Assembly (NCBI RefSeq): GCF_046300915.1
Contig: NZ_JBKCLH010000140.1
Span: forward strand, 3,380-67,379
Source of the DNA: Roseateles sp.
GTDB lineage: Bacteria; Pseudomonadota; Gammaproteobacteria; Burkholderiales; Burkholderiaceae_C
Reading direction: 5' to 3'
Length of the DNA: 64,000 bases
Below the pieces are notes generated by a model. It worked only from the letters and a program-made list of their open reading frames with translations, did no database searches and was not told the DNA's origin. Positions 11,113 through 18,451 of this stretch are shown one piece after another. Every line of letters begins with the position of its first letter. Positions within the stretch are counted from its first letter, which is position 1. A program made the translations under genes and the position numbers.

Positions 11113-12987
11113 TCAGGCAGGCGCGGGCTGGCGCAGATGGCGCTGCACCACATCAAGCAGATCTTGCATCTCGAATGGCTTGACCAGGTAGTCGTCCATG
11201 CCTGCCCGCAAACAACGGTCCCGGTCGCTGTTCACGGCGCTGGCGGTCAGCGCCACGATGGGCAGGGGGGGGAGACCCTGATGGCGCTCATGAGCTCGCC
11301 AGCTTTGCGTGGTTTCGAAGCCGTCGAGCTCCGGCATCTGGCAGTCCATGAGCACCAGTTCATAGGTTTGCCGCTTCATGCATTCCAGGGCCTGCAGCCC
11401 ATCCTCCGCCTGGTCCACGCTCAGGCCGAAGCTCTCCAGCATGGCCCCCGCAACCAGCAGGTTGACAGGGCTGTCATCCACCAGCAGCACACGTCCCGTC
11501 AGTCGTGGAAGTTCCCGAACGGCCCGGTCTTCCTGGCCGGGCAAAGGCGCCGGTTCACAGGCCTGCATGGGCAGGGTGAATTCGAAGACCGAGCCTTGGC
11601 CCGGCTGGGAGGAGCAGCGCAAATCACCGCCCATGGCGCGGGCCAGCTCGCGTGAGATGGTCAGGCCCAGGCCCGTGCCCTCCGGGCGGGGGGATTCAAG
11701 CCGATAGCTGCGCTCGGCCTGCTCGAAGGGCGCAAAGATGCGCTCCATCTGGTCGGCCGGTATGCCCTCGCCGGTATCACGCACCGCAAATCGCAGCAGG
11801 GTGCCGGCGCGCATGTCCAGGACGGCAGCCACCTCGACGCTGACGCTGCCGCGGCTTGTGAATTTGATGGCATTGCCCACCAGGTTGTGCAGCACCTGCT
11901 TGATGCGTGCCGCGTCGCCGACCACGCAGCCCGGCAGCGAGGCGCCGTACACGAGCTGGAAGTTCAGGCCTTTGTCCGCCGCACCCGTGGCCAGCAGCTG
12001 GCACACATCGTCCACGGCTTCCCGCAAGGGCAGGGGGCGCGGGACGATCTCCAGCTTGCCGGACTCGATGCGTGCCAGGTCCAGGATGTCATTGATCAGG
12101 GTGAGCAGATGCCGGCCCGAGCGGCGCAGGATCTGTACTTGTTCGCGCTGCTGTGTTTGCAGCTCGCCGCGCTCCAGCAGCTGGGTGATACCCAGAATGC
12201 CGTTCAGCGGGGTGCGGATTTCATGGCTCATCATGGCCACAAACCGGCTCTTGCTGTGGCTGTTGCGCTCGGCGGACCGCAGGGCCTGCTCGCGTTGCTC
12301 TGCGATCAAGGCGTTTTCGAAGCGCAGGCGTAGCAGCTCCATATGCCGCGACTGCATGCGACGGGCCTCGAACACCGAGACGCCCAGAAACAGCCCAAGG
12401 CCCGCGGCCACGATCAGACCGGAGCTGTCCTGGCTCAGCAACTCCATCACCATCAGTGGCAGAAAAACCAGGGTCGAGAACAGGAGGTGTGCCGGCCACA
12501 GGCAGCTGAGTGAGAACAGGCTGATGGCGCCCAGGCCGACCACAGACGCCAGCAAGATGCCATCGAGCTCTGGAACCGCGGGACTTCGGAACAGCAATCC
12601 CATGCTGCCCCAGCTCAGCGCATCCAGCGTTAATAAGGCCAGGTAGCGCTGCAACCAGGGCTTGCCCTCCATGGGATCTGGCCTGGCGCGCCTGAAACGC
12701 AGCACGTCCGCGCATCTCAGCAGGCTGATCAGCAGACGGACGCCCAACCAACCCAGCAATAGCGTCGCCGAGAAGTGCGGCCACAGCCACCCGACCAGCG
12801 GGCCGCAGAAAAGCAGTCCCACGGCGGTAGGCGCCAGGGTCTGGTCGTAAAGGACGGCCAAGCGTTCTGCACGCACCATGTGTGCGATGCGATCCGCGTG
12901 CGCCGTGGTTCCTCCATCCTCTATGGATTCGGCGCTCATTGATGTCATCCAGCCAACGACGGAACCTTCTGTCTCGAAGGTTTCCAC
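11113..12987 (-). CDS. Membrane-bound hybrid sensor histidine kinase/response regulator
   Basis: Multi-TM N-terminus, H-box VAMMSHEIRTPLNG, HATPase GTGLGLTISREL, C-terminal REC (VLLVDDSPVN...LVLMDCQMPELDG). Start is uncertain: GTG 12987, ATG 12948 or ATG 12939. Confidence 0.88.
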   Translation of the reverse strand: METFETEGSVVGWMTSMSAESIEDGGTTAHADRIAHMVRAERLAVLYDQTLAPTAVGLLFCGPLVGWLWPHFSATLLLGWLGVRLLISLLRCADVLRFRRARPDPMEGKPWLQRYLALLTLDALSWGSMGLLFRSPAVPELDGILLASVVGLGAISLFSLSCLWPAHLLFSTLVFLPLMVMELLSQDSSGLIVAAGLGLFLGVSVFEARRMQSRHMELLRLRFENALIAEQREQALRSAERNSHSKSRFVAMMSHEIRTPLNGILGITQLLERGELQTQQREQVQILRRSGRHLLTLINDILDLARIESGKLEIVPRPLPLREAVDDVCQLLATGAADKGLNFQLVYGASLPGCVVGDAARIKQVLHNLVGNAIKFTSRGSVSVEVAAVLDMRAGTLLRFAVRDTGEGIPADQMERIFAPFEQAERSYRLESPRPEGTGLGLTISRELARAMGGDLRCSSQPGQGSVFEFTLPMQACEPAPLPGQEDRAVRELPRLTGRVLLVDDSPVNLLVAGAMLESFGLSVDQAEDGLQALECMKRQTYELVLMDCQMPELDGFETTQSWRAHERHQGLPPLPIVALTASAVNSDRDRCLRAGMDDYLVKPFEMQDLLDVVQRHLRQPAPA

Positions 12988-13097
12988 AGGTCCGCTTTCT
13001 ACCGGCTTCAGATGACAAGACGCCTAGGGGCAACCCTTGTGCGTGGCGTGGTCGCCGCAGCACGCCCTAGGACATACCCGCAGGCACCGATCCCGGC

Positions 13098-13838
13098 TCA
13101 GGGCCAGATGAGTGCCGGGCTGCTCACCCAGGTCCAGCCCCCAGGCGGCAGATCCTCGGGCAGGCTCAGCGCGCCAAAGCGCGGCCGGTGCAGCGCTTCC
13201 ACCCGGTTGCCCACGGCTGCCACCATGCGCTTGACCTGGTGGTACTTGCCCTCGGTGAGCGTCAGGCGCAGGCCGTGGCTGTCATAGGCCTCTGCCTCCT
13301 CGGCGCGGGTGAACTCGGGCGGCGGCGCGGGCCTTGCGGGGCGGCCAGGGCGTGCCACCGGTTCGGGCTCACGCAGTTCCACGCCAGCCAGCAGCTGGGC
13401 CACCTGCTCGGGGCTCAGCGGATGCTTGCAGCGGGCCTCATAGACCTTGGGCACATGGTGCTTGGGGCTGGTGAGCTTGTGGATCAGGGTGCCATCGTCG
13501 GTGAGCAGCAGCAGGCCCGTGGTGTCCTCGTCCAGACGGCCAACTGGCTGCACGCCGCGCTCGCGCAGCGGGGCGGGCAGCAGGCTCATCACGCTGGGGT
13601 GGTGCTTGGGCTTTTGCGAGCACTCGTAGCCGGCGGGCTTGTTCAGCAGGATCAGGGCCTTTTCGTAATAGGGCCAGGTCTTGCCGCTGACCTCGAACTG
13701 CAGGCCTTCGGGCTCGAACTCGGCCTCGGGGTCTTCGACGAGCTCGCCGTTGACGCGCACCTCGCCGTGCTGGATCAGGCCGGCGCACAGGCGCCGGGTG
13801 CCGAAGCCTTGGGAAAACAGGATCTGTGACAAACGCAT
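13098..13838 (-). CDS. rsuA: Pseudouridine synthase with S4 domain (RsuA-like)
   Basis: ATG at 13838 (MRLSQILF...). S4-like N-terminus, catalytic GRLDEDTTGLLLLT motif, GKYHQVKRM motif. Confidence 0.8.
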   Translation of the reverse strand: MRLSQILFSQGFGTRRLCAGLIQHGEVRVNGELVEDPEAEFEPEGLQFEVSGKTWPYYEKALILLNKPAGYECSQKPKHHPSVMSLLPAPLRERGVQPVGRLDEDTTGLLLLTDDGTLIHKLTSPKHHVPKVYEARCKHPLSPEQVAQLLAGVELREPEPVARPGRPARPAPPPEFTRAEEAEAYDSHGLRLTLTEGKYHQVKRMVAAVGNRVEALHRPRFGALSLPEDLPPGGWTWVSSPALIWP

Positions 13839-13845
13839 GGCGCGA

Positions 13846-14865
13846 TTATCCCGCTGCCGTCCCGTCGAGGTCTGCCAGGCCAGGCAGGCCCGGCAGACCG
13901 CGCGCCGCACGCACCCCGCGCAGCACCGCCAGGGCTGTGGCCTCGGCCGCCAGCAGGCCGAGCAGGCGCAGATCGGCGCCGGGCTGTGTGCTGCCTGCGG
14001 CGGCGGTGGACAGGGCGAAGATCGTGTCCCCGTCGCTCACGCTGTGCACCGGATTGATGCTGCGGGCCAGTCCGTCGTGCGCGATCTGGGCCAGCTTGGT
14101 GGCGCCGCTGAGCAAGGCCGGCGCGTTGGTGGCGACTATCCCCAAGGTGGTGGCGCTGCCAGAGAGCGGGCCGCCGGGCAGGGCCTGGCCCTGCAGCAGG
14201 GCCTGCACCATGCCCATCGGCCGACCGTCATCGCCGCGGGCTCCGGCCAGCAGTCGTCCATCGGCCGGGTTCAGGATATCGCCCACGGCATTGACCACCA
14301 CCAAGGCTCCCACCACCAGATCGCCCACACGCAGCGAGGCGCTGCCGATGCCGCCTTTCATGGCGCGCTCAAAGCCCAGCAGCTTGCCCACCGTGGCCCC
14401 GGCGCCGGCGCCCACGCTGCCCTCGGCCGGCGCGATGCGGCTGGCGGCCTCACAGGCGGCGTAGCCGGCGGCGGCATCGGGGGTGATGCGCGGGTTCTCG
14501 CCCACCCACAGGTCGAAGATCACTGCAGCCGGCACGATGGGCACCCGGGCGGGCCCGACGGCCAGGCCATGGCCGCGCTCCACCAGCCAGCGCATCACGC
14601 CGCTGGCAGCATCCAGGCCAAAGGCGCTGCCGCCCGAGAGCAGCAGGGCGTGGATGCGCTCCACCGTGTTCTCGGGGGCTAGCAGATCGGTCTCGCGCGT
14701 GCCCGGTGCGGCGCCACGCACATCGACCCCGGCCACCGCGCCCTGCTCGCACAGGAGCACGGTGCAGCCGGTGGGGCGCAGCGGGCTGGTCCAGTGCCCG
14801 ACCCTCAGGCCGGGAACATCGCAGATGCCGCCGCCGCTGACGCCGGCGGCCTCAGGCAAAGACAC
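13846..14865 (-). CDS. P1 (S58, DmpA/BapA-like) family aminopeptidase
   Basis: 339 aa, GTG start overlapping the upstream ACAD gene end by 14 nt. DmpA-like blocks (VPGLRVGHWT, AVVLSGGSAFGL-like, TLGIVATNA). Confidence 0.75.
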   Translation of the reverse strand: MSLPEAAGVSGGGICDVPGLRVGHWTSPLRPTGCTVLLCEQGAVAGVDVRGAAPGTRETDLLAPENTVERIHALLLSGGSAFGLDAASGVMRWLVERGHGLAVGPARVPIVPAAVIFDLWVGENPRITPDAAAGYAACEAASRIAPAEGSVGAGAGATVGKLLGFERAMKGGIGSASLRVGDLVVGALVVVNAVGDILNPADGRLLAGARGDDGRPMGMVQALLQGQALPGGPLSGSATTLGIVATNAPALLSGATKLAQIAHDGLARSINPVHSVSDGDTIFALSTAAAGSTQPGADLRLLGLLAAEATALAVLRGVRAARGLPGLPGLADLDGTAAG

Positions 14866-15964
14866 CGGCCTGCTCCTGCATGCGGGCGCTAACCTCGGCC
14901 AGATGGTGCAGGCTGTCGCCGAACTGCATCTCCATCACCGTGAGGCGCTTGAAGTAATGGCTGCCCACATATTCGTCCGTCACACCGATGCCGCCGTGCA
15001 ACTGGGTGCATTGCTGCCCCACGAAGCGCATGGACTGGCCCAGCTGCAGCTTGGCCTGGGAGAGGGCGCGGCGACGGGCCTCGGGCGGCTCGCCCAGCTT
15101 GAGGGTGGCGTAGTAGCTCATGGAGCGCGCCAGCTCCAGCTGCATCTTCACATCGGCCATGCGGTGGCGCAGAGCCTGGAAGCTGGCGATGGGCACGCCG
15201 AACTGCTTGCGGGTGTTCAGGTAGTCGGCGGTGAGGATCACGAACTTGTCCATGGCGCCCACGGCCTCGGCGCACAGGGCGGCAATGCCCACGTCCACCG
15301 CCAGTTCCAGCACGGACTGCCCCTGATCCGGCCCCGCCAGCAGGGTGGCGGGGCATTGGTTTAGCTGCAGCTCGGCGGCACGCGAGCCGTCCTGCAGGCT
15401 GTAGCCGCGCGTGCTGAGACCGGGGGCCTCTCGCTCCACCAGGTAGAGCGCCAGGCCCTGGGGTGTTTGCGCGGGCACGATGAAGGCCTCGACCACATCG
15501 CCGGCCGGCACCAGGCTCTTGCTGCCGCTGAGTCGCCCCTGGGCATCGGCCTGGGTGTTGACCCGGTCGAGCCGGTAGCGCGCGCCGCGCTCCTGATGGG
15601 CCAGCACCACGAGGGCCTCGCCGCCGGCGATGCGCGGCAGCCATCGGGCCTGGACCTCGGCCGGCGCCCAGGCCAGCACGGTGGGGGCGATGAGCGCGGC
15701 CTGAGCATAGGGCTCCAGCACGATGCCGCGACCCAGTTCCTCCATCACCACCATGGCGTCCACGGGGCCCTGACCCAGGCCGCCCTGGTCCTCGGGCACC
15801 AGCAGGGCGCTCAGGCCCAGGCCGGCCAGGCCCTCCCAGGCTGTGCGGTCAAAGCCGCCGGCCCGCACGATGGCGCGGCGGCGCTCGAAGTCATAGTCCT
15901 TGTCCACCCAGCGGCGCACGGCGTCGCGCAGGGAGTCCTGGTCTTCGCTGAAGTCGAAATCCAT
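14852..15964 (-). CDS. Acyl-CoA dehydrogenase family protein, small subunit-like (PimD-like)
   Basis: ATG at 15964 (MDFDFSEDQDSLRDAV...). 370 aa, ACAD fold. Paired with the upstream ACAD in the manner of heteromeric pimeloyl-CoA dehydrogenase-type enzymes. Confidence 0.8.
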   Translation of the reverse strand: MDFDFSEDQDSLRDAVRRWVDKDYDFERRRAIVRAGGFDRTAWEGLAGLGLSALLVPEDQGGLGQGPVDAMVVMEELGRGIVLEPYAQAALIAPTVLAWAPAEVQARWLPRIAGGEALVVLAHQERGARYRLDRVNTQADAQGRLSGSKSLVPAGDVVEAFIVPAQTPQGLALYLVEREAPGLSTRGYSLQDGSRAAELQLNQCPATLLAGPDQGQSVLELAVDVGIAALCAEAVGAMDKFVILTADYLNTRKQFGVPIASFQALRHRMADVKMQLELARSMSYYATLKLGEPPEARRRALSQAKLQLGQSMRFVGQQCTQLHGGIGVTDEYVGSHYFKRLTVMEMQFGDSLHHLAEVSARMQEQAGVFA

Positions 15965-15980
15965 GGTTTGCACCCCTGGG

Positions 15981-17180
15981 TCAGCCGAGCACGGTCTGCG
16001 CCACGATATTGCGCTGGACCTCGTTGGAGCCACCGTAGATGGTGGTCTTGCGGTAGTTGAAATAGGTGCCGGCCAGGGGCGCACAATGCGCAGCCCCGCC
16101 CGGCCAGAGCCCACCCAGGGCCTGGTCGCCCTGCCAGCCGGCCTCCATGGCCTCGTGGATATAGGGCGTGGAGAAGGGGCCACCGGCCAGCATCATCAGC
16201 TCGGTGTAGCGCTGCTGGATCTCGCTGCCGCGGATCTTGAGCAGGCCCGCCACGTCCAGCGATTGCTTGCCGCTTTTTTCGGCCGAGAGCACGCGCAACA
16301 CCATCATTTCCAGGGCCACGATGTCCACCTCCAGCAGGGCGATCTGGTCGCGGAAGCGGACGTCTTCATAGACGCCTTCGGCCTTGGCGATGCGCTTGAG
16401 CCGTTCCAGTTCACGCTTGGCGCGATTCACATCGGCGATATTGCTGCGCTCATGGGCGAGCAGGTACTTGGCATAGGTCCAGCCCTTGTTTTCCTCGCCC
16501 ACCAGGTTCTCCACCGGCACCTCGACATTGTCGAAGAAGACCTCGTTCACCTCGTGCTCGCCGTCCAGCATGATGATGGGTCGCACCGTGACGCCGGGCG
16601 ACTTCATGTCGATCAGCAGGAAGCTGATGCCGGCCTGGGGCTTGACCGTGGGGTCGGTGCGCACCAGGCAGAAGATCCAGTCGCCGTACTGGCCCAGGGT
16701 GGTCCAGGTCTTCTGGCCGTTGACGATGTATTTGTCGCCACGGCGCTCGGCGCGGGTCTTTACCGAGGCCAGGTCGGAGCCTGAGCCGGGCTCGCTGTAG
16801 CCCTGGCTCCACCAGACCTCGCCGCTCATGATGCCGGGCAGATGGCGCTGCTGCTGCTCGGGTGTGCCAAAGGCCATGATGACGGGGGCCACCATCACGG
16901 GCCCGAAGGGCACGACGCGTGGCGCGCCGGCCAGGGCGCATTCTTCCTCAAACAGGTGGCGCTGCACCGCATTCCAGCCCGGGCCGCCAAACTGCTTGGG
17001 CCAGGCCCAGCCATGCCAGCCCTGCTTGCCCAGGATGCGGGCCCAGCGCTGCAGATCGTCCTTGCTCAGGCGCAGGGCCTTGTGCACCTTGTCACTGATG
17101 TCTTGCGGCAGGTTTTCCGCCACCCATTGACGCACCTCCGCTCGAAAGGCCAGCTCCTGCGGTGTGAACTTGAGGTCCAT
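15981..17180 (-). CDS. Acyl-CoA dehydrogenase family protein, large subunit-like (PimC-like)
   Basis: ATG at 17180 preceded by AGGAGA. MDLKFTPQELAFRAEV N-terminus and C-terminal IYGGSNEVQRNIV motif. 399 aa. Confidence 0.88.
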   Translation of the reverse strand: MDLKFTPQELAFRAEVRQWVAENLPQDISDKVHKALRLSKDDLQRWARILGKQGWHGWAWPKQFGGPGWNAVQRHLFEEECALAGAPRVVPFGPVMVAPVIMAFGTPEQQQRHLPGIMSGEVWWSQGYSEPGSGSDLASVKTRAERRGDKYIVNGQKTWTTLGQYGDWIFCLVRTDPTVKPQAGISFLLIDMKSPGVTVRPIIMLDGEHEVNEVFFDNVEVPVENLVGEENKGWTYAKYLLAHERSNIADVNRAKRELERLKRIAKAEGVYEDVRFRDQIALLEVDIVALEMMVLRVLSAEKSGKQSLDVAGLLKIRGSEIQQRYTELMMLAGGPFSTPYIHEAMEAGWQGDQALGGLWPGGAAHCAPLAGTYFNYRKTTIYGGSNEVQRNIVAQTVLG

Positions 17181-17307
17181 GCGCTCTCCTTGTTGCGGCG
17201 CCGTTTGTAGCACGGTCGTGCTATTCCCGCCTGTCCTCTCGGCGACGCCGCAAGCCAGGCGCTTCAGTGGGTGGAACTGATAGACGCGCTTTCAGGATCT
17301 GGGCATG

Positions 17308-17336
17308 AAAAAAGCGACCCGTGGGTCGCTTTTTTG
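17308..17336 (-). terminator. Rho-independent terminator downstream of the PEP-CTERM gene (symmetric, could act bidirectionally)
   Basis: AAAAAAGCGACCC-GTG-GGGTCGCTTTTTT, a perfect 7-bp GC stem flanked by A6/T6. A second hairpin GCGCCAC-CTTG-TGGCGC lies at 17344-17360. Confidence 0.75.
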
Positions 17337-17384
17337 AACCAGAGCGCCACCTTGTGGCGCTTTGCCGGCTTTATATGCGGACCA

Positions 17385-18236
17385 TCAGGCCGCCGACTTG
17401 CTCTTGCGACGGCGCCCGGCGATCACGCCCAGGGCCGCGATGCCCACCAGGGCCAAGGAAGCGGGTTCGGATACCTTGCCGCCCGTGGCCTTGGAGACGG
17501 ACAGGAAGGTCTGTGAGCCGCCCAGCGGGCTGGAGGCGAAGACTTGGTAGGTGTAGCTGGTGCTCGCCGACAGGTTGACATTATTGACATTGCCCCAGGC
17601 GTTGGCGGCCGTGCTGGTCACCGCGCTCAGGTAGGCGGCCGCCTGCGTCTGGAATCCGGTGTCGGTGTCCGTGTCACGCAGACCACCAGCACCGATGCCG
17701 TAGTTGGATTCGGATTCACCCAGAATCGACCAGATGGCGTACTGGAAGGCTGCCGACTTCTGGGCGCTCTTCAGCGAGTCTTCGTAGGCGTGCGAATACA
17801 GCTCAACCAGGTTGTTGAGAACCGTGGTCTTGTTGGCTTGCAGGCCGTACTGGGTGCTGGACGAGCCCGTGTTGTAGGCGGAGCTCGTATAGGGCGTGGC
17901 CGAGAACAAGGCCGTGTAGGTCGGCGTGCCCGAGCCGGTGATGAAGTTGCTGAGCGAGGTCGTGGTGTAGGCGCTGGGCAGGTTGGCGCCATTCAGGGGG
18001 TCCAGGCAATAAACCCAGAAGGAATTGGCCTTGGTCGAGCTGGTGGAGACGCTCATGGCACCCAAGGACACATCGCGGCTCGTTGTGTTGCCGAACTTTA
18101 GCCGCTCCGATTCCGTCATGCCGCCACCGGTGCCCCAGTACAGGCTCTGTGCAGCCGCGGGCAGCGTGACACAAGCCGCCGCCGTGAGCAGCAGGGGAGC
18201 AAAGAATCGCTTGAACGCAGTAGTCGCGTGGGTCAT
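17385..18236 (-). CDS. PEP-CTERM sorting-domain secreted protein (S/T/N/Y-rich) with thioester-domain-like Cys/Gln motifs
   Basis: ATG at 18236 (MTHATTAFKRFFAPLLLTAAACVTLPAAAQ signal peptide). C-terminus VSEPASLALVGIAALGVIAGRRRKSK is PEP-CTERM (motif, TM, basic tail). Internal YCLD and FQYAIW motifs. Confidence 0.8.
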   Translation of the reverse strand: MTHATTAFKRFFAPLLLTAAACVTLPAAAQSLYWGTGGGMTESERLKFGNTTSRDVSLGAMSVSTSSTKANSFWVYCLDPLNGANLPSAYTTTSLSNFITGSGTPTYTALFSATPYTSSAYNTGSSSTQYGLQANKTTVLNNLVELYSHAYEDSLKSAQKSAAFQYAIWSILGESESNYGIGAGGLRDTDTDTGFQTQAAAYLSAVTSTAANAWGNVNNVNLSASTSYTYQVFASSPLGGSQTFLSVSKATGGKVSEPASLALVGIAALGVIAGRRRKSKSAA

Positions 18237-18451
18237 TTTCGATATCCCTGAGTGGCTTGGTGCCGAGCTTTTACGCAGTGTGGTGGCATGGTAGCAGTGC
18301 AAGCAGGGTTTTGAGCTGGGGCCGTACCCCCCGTTTGAAGGGGCGTGATATGCGTCCGCAAGAGCCGGTTCGATGGCCTGTGCCGTCAGTTCCGGCATCC
18401 GGGAGGTGTACCTCACAGGCAGATAAGGATTGCACTCGGCCTCAGCAGGCC

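Noticed and set aside
8189-11191. 1000-aa ORF on the + strand
   Set aside because: It runs antisense to ileS, the spacer, ribF and the next kinase. The translation is Gly/Ala/Arg/Val/Leu-rich low-complexity with no motifs. This is the typical stop-codon-poor antisense frame of a high-GC genome, while the opposite strand carries unmistakable ileS and ribF.
13284-13370. Pro/Arg-rich insertion of about 15 aa (EPEPVARPGRPARPAPPPEF...) in the RsuA-like pseudouridine synthase, relative to E. coli RsuA as I recall it
   Set aside because: It is probably a lineage-specific surface loop typical of high-GC proteomes. It does not disrupt the catalytic motifs, and there is no evidence of separate function.
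18284-18301. TGGCAT-N8-TGCA, superficially like a sigma54 -24/-12 element, in the spacer between prsT and the PEP-CTERM gene
   Set aside because: The GG-to-GC spacing is wrong for sigma54 (it needs GG-N10-GC), and the element is on the + strand while both flanking genes are on the - strand.
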